Assembly (NCBI GenBank): GCA_964291215.2
Contig: OZ219790.1
Location: 960,001 to 1,024,000, forward strand
Direction of reading: 5' to 3'
Origin: Alphaproteobacteria bacterium
Lineage (GTDB): Bacteria > Pseudomonadota > Alphaproteobacteria > MPNO01 > UBA830
DNA: 64,000 bases
Position numbers and translations under genes: made by a program. Shown piece after piece: positions 54,093-64,000 of this stretch; position 1 is the stretch's first letter, and each line of letters opens with the position of its first letter. A model generated the notes under the pieces. It saw only the letters and a list, made by a program, of their open reading frames with translations, did not search any database and was not told where the DNA came from.

Positions 54093-54647
54093 TCAGGACG
54101 CGAACTCGCCGCCGATCATCACGTAGCTCATGTCGACCTCGACATCGGACCGGTTGTCCCAGGCGTGCCAGTTGCCAAGCTGCACGACGACATCGCCGCG
54201 TCGTACCAGAACATCAGCTTCGTCGAGCACGAGATGCCGCTCGCCGCGGAGACAGAACCCGTAATCAACGGTAGGCGTCCGGTGCAGATTCCAGTGCCGC
54301 CCGCCTTCCTTCAGTTCGGATGCGCCGGTCCTGTTCATGGCGGCATGGCTTTCGCGGGCCGCCGCGGCATCGAGCGTTCTCTGTGCTGCCGGCGAGTGCA
54401 CCAGCCTCCAATGCGCACCCGCCGCGGGCGGCGAGTGGCTCAGCGGCTGTCCCGCCGGACTGCCGTCCGCATCCCCGACGATGACGACGGGTGCACTGGC
54501 GAACGTCCACATCTCGAAGAAGAAGGTTCCTGGGCTCCGAGGGCGTGCGTGGACATTGGGAGCCTCGCCGTCATGGAGGACATACGAACGTCCCCGGGCA
54601 TCGTTTCCAGTCACGACCCTTCGAACCGGCCTGTATTGCCTCGCCAT
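54093..54647 (-). CDS. Cupin-domain protein 3
   Basis: VRRVVTG, LHRTPTVDY, GDVVVQLGNWHAW. Confidence 0.85.
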   Translation of the reverse strand: MARQYRPVRRVVTGNDARGRSYVLHDGEAPNVHARPRSPGTFFFEMWTFASAPVVIVGDADGSPAGQPLSHSPPAAGAHWRLVHSPAAQRTLDAAAARESHAAMNRTGASELKEGGRHWNLHRTPTVDYGFCLRGERHLVLDEADVLVRRGDVVVQLGNWHAWDNRSDVEVDMSYVMIGGEFAS

Positions 54648-54672
54648 GGTCTGCCGCTCCCCAAAGTCCCGT

Positions 54673-55221
54673 TCACCCTTCGATGACCGCATCGTGGTGC
54701 GACAAGATCACGATGCACGGTGCGCCCGAGCGGTTGCTCCAGGCATGGTTGGCGCCGCGAAGTACGACCGTGTCCCCGGCTTGCAGGTGAACCTCTTCGA
54801 GATCGAGGACCAGAGTGATTTCGCCTTCGATGATGTAGCAGAAATCCAGTGTCGCGGTCTTCTGCATGTAGGGATGGCGTCCCTCGTGCCTGAGCGTGGA
54901 GGCGTCCGGAGACCCCATGATGTGAAAGTAATTGCGGACATCGTCATCCGAGATGTCGCGCCGATAACCCGATTCCGGAGGAAACTCGATCACGCGGCAC
55001 ACCGACCCGTCCGGCGGCGGTTCGATCGAGTGCGCCAGGTCCAGTGTTTCGCGGACGCCGCGAACGCGCGCCGGCGTCGAATCGGTAACCCATATCCTGG
55101 TTGCCGCAAAACCCGGGCGCGCCGGATCGAAACGGACATCGGGCGAAGGGCCGTCAGACAGCACGACGGCGTCCCCATTCTCGTTCTCGCCGGCGACGAT
55201 TCGCCGAATCGGCCTAACCAC
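54673..55221 (-). CDS. Cupin-domain protein 2
   Basis: IRRIVAG, MQKTATLDF, GDTVVLRGANHAW. Confidence 0.85.
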   Translation of the reverse strand: MVRPIRRIVAGENENGDAVVLSDGPSPDVRFDPARPGFAATRIWVTDSTPARVRGVRETLDLAHSIEPPPDGSVCRVIEFPPESGYRRDISDDDVRNYFHIMGSPDASTLRHEGRHPYMQKTATLDFCYIIEGEITLVLDLEEVHLQAGDTVVLRGANHAWSNRSGAPCIVILSHHDAVIEG

Positions 55222-55239
55222 TGCTCGATACTCCCAGTC

Positions 55240-55803
55240 TCAGGCGTCGAAGTCCGCCCCGATCATCACATACCCCATGAGGCTCTCGTCCGACCTGTTG
55301 GCCCACGCGTGATAATTGCCGAGCTGCACGCAGAAATCCCCCCGCACCATCGCCCGCTCGTCGCCGTCGAGTACCAAGGAACGCACACCGCATGCGACGA
55401 AACCGTAATCCACAGACCTTGTCTTGTGCATCCCCGACAGGCCGGCCTGCCGCCCGCCACGATCGCCGCGCCCGGTCTCGGGATCCTCGACGGGCGCCTT
55501 GAGTGGATGGGCATGCGGATCGTCCGCCAAGTCATAGCCGGGAGGCGCGGGAAATGACTCGACGAAGCGCAGAAACGCGCCGCGTTGCAGCGGATGGAGA
55601 TTGAACGGCGGTTCTCCACCGTCCCGACCGCCAGCAAGCCGGACCGGAATTTCTGGAAGGTACCACAACTCGGTCATGCCGCCCTCGGGGCGGGCCGGAT
55701 CGGGCCTGACGTTCGATGCGTTGCTGTCGTATAGCACGCGGGAACGGCCGCGGGAATCGCTGCCCACGACTACCCGCCGCATTGGCTTCGGTCCGTTGGT
55801 CAC
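55240..55803 (-). CDS. Cupin-domain protein 1
   Basis: MRRVVVG, MHKTRSVDY, GDFCVQLGNYHAW. Confidence 0.85.
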   Translation of the reverse strand: MTNGPKPMRRVVVGSDSRGRSRVLYDSNASNVRPDPARPEGGMTELWYLPEIPVRLAGGRDGGEPPFNLHPLQRGAFLRFVESFPAPPGYDLADDPHAHPLKAPVEDPETGRGDRGGRQAGLSGMHKTRSVDYGFVACGVRSLVLDGDERAMVRGDFCVQLGNYHAWANRSDESLMGYVMIGADFDA

Positions 55804-55864
55804 GCAGATCTCCCGGTATCCGGCCCCTGCATCCTCGCCAGCGAAACAGCGCGGGGCGGCAGGG

Positions 55865-56890
55865 CTACTTGATCAGTTCGCGTATCCTCGCGACGACTGC
55901 AGGCGGCGTGCTGATCAGTTGCGCCACGGCCTTTTCCACCTCTTCGCCGCTGCTCGGGGTGAGCTTCAGGTTCGATTTCTCGATCTCGGCCACGAAGCCC
56001 GGATCCTTCATCGTCTTGTCGAAGGCGCGCCGCAGGATCTCGACCCGCTCCGCAGGCACTCCGGGTGGCGCAAAGATCGACCTCCCCGTAAGTGACTGCA
56101 GCATCATGTATTCGAACACCTTGCGGTCGTCATCGTTCTTCGCGAGCTCCATCATCGTGGGCACGTCGGGAATCTCGGGCGATCTCGTCACGGCGTTCTG
56201 CACCAGGACATTGAGCGGATTCCTGCCGCCCTCGAACCAGTGCGGCGTCATGGCGCGGAAGTTCTGCAGTGTCGAGAAACTTCCCTCGACTTCGCCGCGC
56301 TCGATCGCAACCGCCCTGTCCCCACCCTTGTAGCCGAGCACGATCTTGAACTTGGTGCCGAGAAGCTTGTTGGACAGCGTCAGCATCTGGTAGATGGGCG
56401 AGCTCTTGCCCGAACCGCCCATTGTCGTGACACGTTGCATCGCGTCCTGGATCGTCTTCGTCTTCGAGGTGTGCCATGTGAACAGGACCGCGATGGAACG
56501 TTCCATGTTCCCGATCCAGTTGAGCTGGGTCGCGTCGTAGCGCACGGCCTTGGGCCGAAGGTGCTGGTTGATGGCAACCGGCATCAGCGGCATGCCGACG
56601 GCGGAACCGTCCTTGGGCGCGACATTGGCCGCCCAGTTGGTCATCTTGGTGCCGCCGGCGCCGGGCATATTGACGACGATCACGTTGGGTGTTCCGGGAA
56701 TGTGCTTGTCGTAGTACTTCGCAAACACGCGCCCGAAGAACGAATAGCCACCACCGGCGCCCGAGCCGACATAGAGGGTAACAGTCTTGCCCTTATAGAA
56801 ATCAGCAGCCGCGGTCGGTGTGAACACGGCAAGCACGGTGATGGCGGCAAGCGCCGTCGACAGCGCGGCGAATTTCTGCCCGAGTTTCAT
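55865..56890 (-). CDS. Tripartite tricarboxylate transporter substrate-binding protein (Bug/TctC-like)
   Basis: Signal peptide; FYKGKTV, NMPGAGG, PDVPT, APPGVP. Confidence 0.9.
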   Translation of the reverse strand: MKLGQKFAALSTALAAITVLAVFTPTAAADFYKGKTVTLYVGSGAGGGYSFFGRVFAKYYDKHIPGTPNVIVVNMPGAGGTKMTNWAANVAPKDGSAVGMPLMPVAINQHLRPKAVRYDATQLNWIGNMERSIAVLFTWHTSKTKTIQDAMQRVTTMGGSGKSSPIYQMLTLSNKLLGTKFKIVLGYKGGDRAVAIERGEVEGSFSTLQNFRAMTPHWFEGGRNPLNVLVQNAVTRSPEIPDVPTMMELAKNDDDRKVFEYMMLQSLTGRSIFAPPGVPAERVEILRRAFDKTMKDPGFVAEIEKSNLKLTPSSGEEVEKAVAQLISTPPAVVARIRELIK

Positions 56891-56969
56891 TTTCTCCTCC
56901 CATCCCGCTTACGTGTTTCTTGAACTTTCAGCGGTCGGGGGCTTGTACGGACATCAACCGCGTACGCAA

Positions 56970-58649
56970 TCATGCCATATTTTCCCACCGTGAGTGCAGG
57001 CTCGCGGGCACGCGGGCGGTCAGCACCTCAACCACAGTAGTGATCCCGTTTTCCACGTCTCGGATGGCGGCGGCAAGGCCAGCAGCGAGCCTGTCCGGGT
57101 GCTCGACGCGATGCGCCCTCGCGCCTAGCGCCCCGGCGAGCGGAACTATGTCGATCCCGCGATGGAATCTCGCATGCGCCAGGCGCGTGCTCGTTCCCCC
57201 ATCACGGTCGACGAACCGCCGGTTGTTTTTCACGATGATTAGCACGGGGGCGTCGTTGCGGACCGACGTCTCGACATCGAGCGCCGTCTCGTTGAAAGCT
57301 TCCTCACCGATCACCGCAATGACAAGCTTGTCGGGGTACGCCTTCTTGGCGCCCATCGCCGCTCCGATCGACCAGCCCATCGCGCTCTGCACCCCGAAAC
57401 CAAGAAACGACCTCGGCGTCGGGGCGACATAGTGCTGGGATGTCGTACCCCGCACTGTCCCGGCATCATGGAGAAGGATCGTCTGCGAGGGATCGACAAG
57501 TTTCGCCAGCTCACCGGTAACCCGGAACGGATTGAGCGGGATCTCGTCGGATCCGAGCAGCGGCGCCGAGACGTCAGCCCATTGTCTTTTCAGTCGCGCG
57601 ATCTCGGCATGACGCCCTTCGACGCGCTCGAAGCGTTCGGGCACCAGGATTTCCTCGGCTGTCCCGATCATCTGCCGCAGGACGATGCGGGCGTCGCCAA
57701 GGATGGCGACATCCGCAAGGCGATCCCGGTTGAGTTCACCCGGATCGGAATCGACCTGGATGTGCACGGTCCCGGGGGAAGGGTCTGCCCGCGTCGCATG
57801 CTGCTTGAAGCCGCAGCCGATGGTGAGGATCACGTCAGCGGATTCGGCCATCCTGGTGGCTGGCAGCGAACTGTAGGTAGCACGCACGAACCCCCCGATC
57901 CCGAGCGCCAACTCGTGATCCTCGGGAAAGGCGCTCTTGCCGTTCAGCGTCGTGGCAACCGGCAGCGACAGCATCTCGGCAAACCGCACAAGATCAGCGG
58001 TCGCTTCCGAAAACAGCACGCCCGCGCCGACATACACGTAAGGCCGTCGCGCATCGGCTATCAGCCGCACGGCTTCACGAAGCAAGGCCGGATCACCGCC
58101 GCTGCGGCTTCGTGGCTTCGAGCAGACCGGCACGTAATCGGCGGCGGGCGCGTCCATCCGCGCCACATCCACCGGAACACCGATGGCCACGGGGCCGGAG
58201 CGTCCGGTCCTCATGTGCATGAAGGCACGCCTCAGCACCCCGACGGTCTGTTCCGGAGCGGCAAGCAGGGTCGCCCATTTCGTGACCGGGCCGAACAGGT
58301 CGACAAACGGAATCTCCTTGGTCTGCCGGCTGGCGATCTGGGTCCGTTCGTTGTGCCCGGCAAGGAAAAGAACGGGCACGGAATCTCCCCAGCTGTTCAC
58401 CAGACCGCCCATCAGGTTGGCTGCCGCCGGACCCGCGTCGGAAAACGCCACCGCCGGCTCGCCGGTCGCGCGGGCATAGCCGTCGCAGATATCAAACGCA
58501 ACGCGTTCCTGACGCGCATACATGAGGGAGATCTCGGAGCACTCCGAGAGTCCGTCAAGCAGGGGACCGACCGACTGGCCCGACAGCCCGGCCGCAAGCG
58601 TCACGCCTTCGGCCACGAGGCAGCGGCTGATCAGCTCGGCGACGTTCAC
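56970..58649 (-). CDS. Thiamine diphosphate-dependent enzyme (acetolactate synthase-like family)
   Basis: RQERVA..DGYAR, GPAAAN, GEEAF...NN (variant GDG motif). Confidence 0.88.
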   Translation of the reverse strand: MNVAELISRCLVAEGVTLAAGLSGQSVGPLLDGLSECSEISLMYARQERVAFDICDGYARATGEPAVAFSDAGPAAANLMGGLVNSWGDSVPVLFLAGHNERTQIASRQTKEIPFVDLFGPVTKWATLLAAPEQTVGVLRRAFMHMRTGRSGPVAIGVPVDVARMDAPAADYVPVCSKPRSRSGGDPALLREAVRLIADARRPYVYVGAGVLFSEATADLVRFAEMLSLPVATTLNGKSAFPEDHELALGIGGFVRATYSSLPATRMAESADVILTIGCGFKQHATRADPSPGTVHIQVDSDPGELNRDRLADVAILGDARIVLRQMIGTAEEILVPERFERVEGRHAEIARLKRQWADVSAPLLGSDEIPLNPFRVTGELAKLVDPSQTILLHDAGTVRGTTSQHYVAPTPRSFLGFGVQSAMGWSIGAAMGAKKAYPDKLVIAVIGEEAFNETALDVETSVRNDAPVLIIVKNNRRFVDRDGGTSTRLAHARFHRGIDIVPLAGALGARAHRVEHPDRLAAGLAAAIRDVENGITTVVEVLTARVPASLHSRWENMA

Positions 58650-59275
58650 GGCGTTGTGGCGCCTTCGCCGGAACCGGGATCCCGGGCCGGAGCATGCTTG
58701 CCGATCTCCCACCCATGCGCGGAGAGATGGCGCTCTGCCGCTCCTATGGAGGGCGCTTCGAGTTCGGTGGCAAGAGTGTCGTTGACCCGATTGTAGAACC
58801 CGAACACACCGATCACGGAGAGCAGTTCCACGATCTGATCGGCACTGAAGTGACGGCGAAGTTCGGCGAAATCTTCATCACTCACCATGTTGGGGACCTG
58901 CACTGCGCACTGGGCAACCCGCAGTGCCACGCGCTCGGCCTCCGAGAACAGCGCGCTGGTCTCATAGCTCCACAGCGCGTCCTGCCTGTCCTCGGGAATT
59001 CCCATATCGACCCCCAACCGCACGGTGTGGGCCGCGCAGTAGCTGCATCCGGCAGACATGCTGACCATCTGGGAGATCAGGTTCTTGAGTTCCGCCGAAA
59101 GCGCTCCGGGCGCCATGACCGTCGCGCGCAGATGCATGAGCGCCTTGACGATCTCGGGTTTCCTGGCGAGCGTTCGCAACAGGTTCGGGACCTCGCCGCC
59201 GCGTCTCTCGACCACAACAAAGAGGTCCTCGAATTCGGGCATATCGTCCCGCGCCAGCGGTTCAAGTCTTGGCAC
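58646..59275 (-). CDS. CMD/AhpD-like protein
   Basis: GCSYCAAH, SEAERVAL, GFYNRVNDTLATELE. Confidence 0.88.
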   Translation of the reverse strand: MPRLEPLARDDMPEFEDLFVVVERRGGEVPNLLRTLARKPEIVKALMHLRATVMAPGALSAELKNLISQMVSMSAGCSYCAAHTVRLGVDMGIPEDRQDALWSYETSALFSEAERVALRVAQCAVQVPNMVSDEDFAELRRHFSADQIVELLSVIGVFGFYNRVNDTLATELEAPSIGAAERHLSAHGWEIGKHAPARDPGSGEGATTP

Positions 59276-59615
59276 TTCGTCCCCCAGACAGGTGGCATCG
59301 ACGGCCAGACAACTGCCAGTCTAGTGTGAATCGTACTTCGTCGGCCCGGGTGATGTAAAGCACGCGCCTTCGCAACCGCCGCGTACCGCCGCCGGGTCAT
59401 CCGACACCATCGGACAGCGGCGGCCAAACTTCTCGCGGGCCTGCCCCGGCGATTCGAACGGGCCGAACCGCGAGAGCGTGCTTGTCGGACGGGTCTGACG
59501 CCGGCACCTACTGTCCAGCACCCGGGACAGAGAGTGCGAACGGGATACGAAACCTGCTGCCCGCATCACGCCCGGCGTTTGGGCACTGCAAGCGGGGCTT
59601 GCAGGCCTCCGCCGG

Positions 59616-60827
59616 TCAGGCGGCAATCCGGATGGCTCGCCGTTCCCAAATCTCAGTGAGCGAATTCACGAGATGGGCGATGTCGGCGTCGCTGTGAAGA
59701 GGCGTCGGCGTCAGACGCAGCCTCTCGGTTCCCCTCGGGACAGTCGGGAAGTTGATGGGTTGCACATAGATCCTATACCGTTCGATCAACTCGTCGGTGA
59801 CCTGCTTGCAGACGACGGGATCACCGATCAGCAGCGGTACGATATGGGACGGCGAGTCCGTTACCGGAAGGCCGGCGTTGGCCAGCATGCACTTCAGCGT
59901 GGCCGCCCGTTCCTGATGCCGCTCGCGCTCGACGCTGCTCGACTTCAGATGCCGCACGCTGGCAAGGGCTCCGGCGGCAACAGCCGGCGGCAGCGCCGAG
60001 GTGAAGATGAAGCCCGAGGCGTAGCTCCGAACGAAGTCCACCATGGCGGCCGAGCCGGCAATGTAGCCGCCGACGACTCCGTAGGCCTTTGCGAGGGTTC
60101 CCTGGATCACGTCGAGGCGGTCCATAACGCCGTCGCGCTCGGCAATGCCGGCGCCACGCCGACCGTATAGACCCACCGCGTGAACCTCGTCCAGATAGGT
60201 CATGGCGCCGTACCTGTCGGCGAGGTCGCACACGGCGCATATCGGTGAGATACCCCCGTCCATCGAATAGATCGATTCGAATGCGACAACCTTGGGGCGG
60301 GAGGGCTCTATCGCGGCAAGTTTGCGTTCGAGGTCCTCAAGATCGTTATGGGCGAAGATGACCTTTTCCGCCCTGCTGTAACGGATTCCCGCAATCATCG
60401 ACGCGTGGTTGTCGGCGTCGGACAGAAGAACGCAACCCGGCATGTGGGATCCGATAGTGGCAAGCGCCGCCTCGTTGGCGACGTAACCCGAGGTGAAGAG
60501 CAGCGCCGCTTCGGTTCCGTGAAGATCGGCGAGTTCCTCCTCCAGCATCACGTGATAGTGCGTGGTCCCCGAAATGTTGCGCGTGCCACCAGCACCGGCG
60601 CCGACGCGGTCGATCGCCTCCTTCATGGCTTCCCGAACAACGGCATTTTGCCCCATGCCGAGATAGTCGTTCGAGCACCAAACCGTAACGTCACCCGAGA
60701 GCGCCGGCGCACGACTTGTCGCGCGCGGAAACGCGCCGACCCGGCGCTCAAGATCCGCGAAGACCCGATACCTGCCCTCGCTCCGGAGGTCCGCGATGCG
60801 ATCGGAGAAGAATTGTTCGTAATTCAT
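59616..60827 (-). CDS. hemA: 5-aminolevulinate synthase
   Basis: [33 protein letters not shown]. Confidence 0.97.
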   Translation of the reverse strand: MNYEQFFSDRIADLRSEGRYRVFADLERRVGAFPRATSRAPALSGDVTVWCSNDYLGMGQNAVVREAMKEAIDRVGAGAGGTRNISGTTHYHVMLEEELADLHGTEAALLFTSGYVANEAALATIGSHMPGCVLLSDADNHASMIAGIRYSRAEKVIFAHNDLEDLERKLAAIEPSRPKVVAFESIYSMDGGISPICAVCDLADRYGAMTYLDEVHAVGLYGRRGAGIAERDGVMDRLDVIQGTLAKAYGVVGGYIAGSAAMVDFVRSYASGFIFTSALPPAVAAGALASVRHLKSSSVERERHQERAATLKCMLANAGLPVTDSPSHIVPLLIGDPVVCKQVTDELIERYRIYVQPINFPTVPRGTERLRLTPTPLHSDADIAHLVNSLTEIWERRAIRIAA

Positions 60828-61060
60828 CACACTGTTGCCTGCGATGGACCTGCCAGCAAAAACTTCCGATCGATCGCTCTCTCATTATACAACAAAATCA
60901 AGGCATCAAACCTCGGAATAAGCGACGTTCCGCCAGATGCGCCCGTAAACGGCCGGAGACCGGAAGCAGGCCCGCATGACCGTGCTGACGGCACCGATCA
61001 TCTTCAGCTCTCGCACGGCGGCAGTGCCGCGGTCCGGAAAACGGGCCTTGCATCTAGGAT

Positions 61061-62101
61061 TCAGCCGCCCGTAACGCTCATGTGGCGCGAGACGGCCGGC
61101 CGGGTACGGCGTCGGTCGATAGCGAAATCGTGCCCTTCGGGCTTGCGCCCGATGGCCTCATCAATCGCCTCCATGAGCAGCCCTTCCGATCCGCTTCTCA
61201 ACGGCCCACGCAGATCGGCGGCGTCCTCCTGGCCCAGGCACATATAGAGCGTACCGGTGCAGGTCAAACGCACCCGGTTGCAGGCTTCACAGAAATTGTG
61301 CGTCATCGGCGTGATGAAGCCGATGCGCCCCCCGGTCTCCGCGACCCGCATGTAGCGCGCCGGACCGCCGGTCGCATGGTCGCTGTCCTCAAGCGTCCAC
61401 CGTTTCCTGAGTTCGGCGCGCACCATCGACAGCGGCCAGTACTGGTCGAGACGCATCTCGCCGCCATTGCCATCGCCGAGTTCGCCGAGCGGCATGACCT
61501 CGATGAAGGTCAGGTCGAATCCCCGCTCGCCGCACCATGACACCAGGTCATGGATTTCATCGTCGTTGACGCCCCTGAGCGCAACGGCGTTGATCTTTAC
61601 CGCAAGGCCGGCCGAGACGGCGCCGTCAATGCCGCGCAGGACCTGCTCCAGTCGCCCCCAGCGAGTGATATGCGCGAACTTGTCCGGATCAAGCGTGTCG
61701 AGCGAAACGTTGACGCGCCGGACACCGGCAGCGAAGAGCCCCGCCGCATGGCGGTCCAGCTGGCTGGCGTTGGTGGTAAGCGTCAACTCGTCGAGGCCGC
61801 CGCCGTCGAGGTGACGCCCCAGGCGGTTGAACAGCCACATGATGTCGCGGCGCACCAGAGGTTCGCCACCGGTAACCCTGAGCTTGCGCACTCCGCGCCT
61901 GACGAAAGCGGTGCAGAGGCTGTCGAGTTCCTCGAGGCTGAGAACATCGGCCTTGGGCAAAAACGTCATATGCTCCGACATGCAGTACACGCAGCGGAAG
62001 TCGCATCGATCGGTCACGGACACACGCAGATAGGCCACGTGCCGACCGTAGGGATCTACCAGCGGCGGTGCCGCCAATGGTCCTAGAATGGCTGTATCCA
62101 T
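61061..62101 (-). CDS. moaA: GTP 3',8-cyclase
   Basis: [25 protein letters not shown]. Confidence 0.96.
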   Translation of the reverse strand: MDTAILGPLAAPPLVDPYGRHVAYLRVSVTDRCDFRCVYCMSEHMTFLPKADVLSLEELDSLCTAFVRRGVRKLRVTGGEPLVRRDIMWLFNRLGRHLDGGGLDELTLTTNASQLDRHAAGLFAAGVRRVNVSLDTLDPDKFAHITRWGRLEQVLRGIDGAVSAGLAVKINAVALRGVNDDEIHDLVSWCGERGFDLTFIEVMPLGELGDGNGGEMRLDQYWPLSMVRAELRKRWTLEDSDHATGGPARYMRVAETGGRIGFITPMTHNFCEACNRVRLTCTGTLYMCLGQEDAADLRGPLRSGSEGLLMEAIDEAIGRKPEGHDFAIDRRRTRPAVSRHMSVTGG

Positions 62102-62454
62102 CACGTATCCTCTCCTGCCGGAGATGCAGGCCGACAAATTCCGCGCCCGAGCGGCGAATCCATGCCATGGAATATAGCGTCTGCCCGGGAAATTGAAAGG
62201 CAGCGGCCGGCGCCCGTTCGCCAGGGTCGGCGCCAGAGACCGGTCTGTAGTCACGGAAAACGCCTTCCGGCGCCGACGGCCGCGCCCCGAGCGGGCTTCG
62301 GTTCCCTTGTTCCGGCCGCTGGCAGGGTTAGAATACCGGGGTCAGAGTTCAGGCTCTCCGCAGGATACTTGCGCGGACCAGGCAAGTGCGGTCGACCGGA
62401 CCGAGTCATCGCAAAGCAACCGGTGCGGGACGCTCTCGGCCGAGGAGGAAGCGC

Positions 62455-63330
62455 ATGGGCGAGTCCGACTACATCATCGCTCCCCGGCCGCGCGACCCGA
62501 GGTTGACCGAGCGGGTCTCCGGCACCGACCATACGGGCAGTCCCGTTGAGACATCGGTAACCGTCGAACGTCCGCTCACGCTGTTTCTCAACAGCCGCGA
62601 GATCGTCACGCTGATGACGATCGGCGACTATCCCGAATGCCTCGCAGTCGGTTATCTCCTCAATCAGAACATGCTGCACGGAGACGACGCGATAACCGAA
62701 ATCGATCTCGACGAGGAGACGGAGGCGGTCGTCGTCCGCACGCGCGAGGAGACGGATTTCGAAGCCAAGCTGGCCAAGCAGACCCGCACGTCGGGCTGTG
62801 CGCTCGGCACCGTCTTCGGAGACATCATGGAGACCTTCGAGGATGTCGTGCTGGACCCTGCCGCCGTGATTCATACCTCCTGGCTCTACGCGCTGACCGC
62901 CCGGATCAACACCACTCCGAGTCTCTATCTCGAAGCGGGCGCCATTCACGGGTGCGTGTTGTGCGAACGCGACCGGCCGCTGATCTACATGGAGGATGTG
63001 GGCCGGCACAATGCCGTCGACAAGATCGCCGGCTACATGTATCTCAACGGCCTTGATGCCGCGGGCAAGATCTTCTACACTACGGGGCGCCTCACCAGCG
63101 AAATGGTGATCAAGACGGTGCAAATGCAGATCCCGGTGCTGATTTCGCGCTCCGGGTTCACCGCATGGGGCGTGACGCTGGCCCGCCAGGCCAACTTGAC
63201 GCTGATCGGCCGCGCCCGCGGCCGGCGCTTTGTCGCCCTGGCCGGCGCGGGACGCATCCTTCACGATGCCGACCCCGAAACCGTCGGCGAAGAATCTCGC
63301 GCGGTCGGGCGCAAGGCCGCCCCGGACTGA
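62455..63330 (+). CDS. fdhD: Formate dehydrogenase accessory sulfurtransferase
   Basis: ERPLTL, TSGCA, EDVGRHNAVDK, TGRLTSEMV. Confidence 0.95.
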   Translation: MGESDYIIAPRPRDPRLTERVSGTDHTGSPVETSVTVERPLTLFLNSREIVTLMTIGDYPECLAVGYLLNQNMLHGDDAITEIDLDEETEAVVVRTREETDFEAKLAKQTRTSGCALGTVFGDIMETFEDVVLDPAAVIHTSWLYALTARINTTPSLYLEAGAIHGCVLCERDRPLIYMEDVGRHNAVDKIAGYMYLNGLDAAGKIFYTTGRLTSEMVIKTVQMQIPVLISRSGFTAWGVTLARQANLTLIGRARGRRFVALAGAGRILHDADPETVGEESRAVGRKAAPD

Positions 63331-63333
63331 CAG

Positions 63334-63960
63334 GTGGTTGCCTCGGCGGCGCCCGACAATACGATATGCGGCCTGCTTCTTGCCGGCGGACGGTCCCGCC
63401 GCATGGAGGGACGCGACAAGGCGCTGCTCACGATTGCGGGGAAAACCCTTCTTCGCCATGTCATCGAGACGGTCGAGCCCCAGGTCGGATCCCTGGTGCT
63501 CAACACCAACGGCGACCCGAAGCAATACGCCAAGTTCGGCATACCGATCGCCGGCGATGTCGTGGAGGGCTTCGCTGGTCCACTGGCTGGCGTGCTGACC
63601 GGACTGGAATGGGCACGCGACAACGTTCCGGGTTGCCGCTGGGTAGCGAGCTTCGCTTGCGACGCACCGCTGATCCCGGCCGATCTCGTCTCCTGCCTCC
63701 TTGCAGCCACCGACGATGAAGGCGCCGACATGGCCTGTGCGCGTTCGACCGGACGCGACCACCCGGTCTTCGGTTTGTGGCCGATTCGACTCGCGGGCGA
63801 ACTACGTCACGCCGTTGTCGAAGAGGGTCTGCGCAAGGTCGACTCTTGGACTGGCCGCTACCGGCTGGCCCGGGCAGAGTTCGCGACCTCGCCGGTGGAC
63901 CCGTTCTTCAACATAAACCGGCCGGAAGACCTGTTGGCAGCGGAAGACCTGATGACCTGA
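63334..63960 (+). CDS. mobA: Molybdenum cofactor guanylyltransferase
   Basis: LAGGRSRRM..DK, GPLAG, CDAP, FFNINRPEDL. Confidence 0.95.
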   Translation: MVASAAPDNTICGLLLAGGRSRRMEGRDKALLTIAGKTLLRHVIETVEPQVGSLVLNTNGDPKQYAKFGIPIAGDVVEGFAGPLAGVLTGLEWARDNVPGCRWVASFACDAPLIPADLVSCLLAATDDEGADMACARSTGRDHPVFGLWPIRLAGELRHAVVEEGLRKVDSWTGRYRLARAEFATSPVDPFFNINRPEDLLAAEDLMT

Positions 63961-64000
63961 CCGCGCTTCCACATGTTGGACGGCCGGCATCCCGACTTCG

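Noticed and set aside
60890-60912. FNR box upstream of hemA
   Set aside because: TTGAT half-sites are direct repeats, not TTGAT-N4-ATCAA.
1-64000. tRNA, rRNA, integrase or prophage genes
   Set aside because: None recognised by eye; the islands lack an integrase. A covariance-model scan could still find small RNAs.

Overview
GC-rich alphaproteobacterial chromosome segment, Rhodospirillales-like by gene content (hemA ALA synthase, aroC-fabI, pdxH, moaA/fdhD/mobA); GC was not computed. Intact core and catabolic genes (TRAP, Liv-type ABC, Rieske oxygenase, GMC oxidoreductase, mmsB, a TTT/ThDP/cupin cluster) alternate with IS pile-ups at about 1.8-10.7, 20.5-24.4, 27.6-32.3, 35.3-43.8 and 45.9-47.4 kb. 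Five observations stand out. (1) Repeated IS families are riddled with 2-14 bp deletions and expanded G/C runs, while neighbouring genes and apparently single-copy truncated remnants are nearly clean. This is either a repeat-targeted deletion process or an assembly artefact. (2) A tightly coupled uncharacterised three-gene cassette at 5070-6920 resembles a chaperone/antitoxin/ADP-ribosyltransferase-toxin system. (3) Two IS110 copies have bridge-RNA guides that co-vary with their own target and donor sequences. (4) A conserved ~140-bp structured non-coding element lies upstream of both defence-like cassettes. (5) IS66 elements carry a collapsed Dam-like methyltransferase gene. All family calls come from motif recognition by eye; no database search was run.
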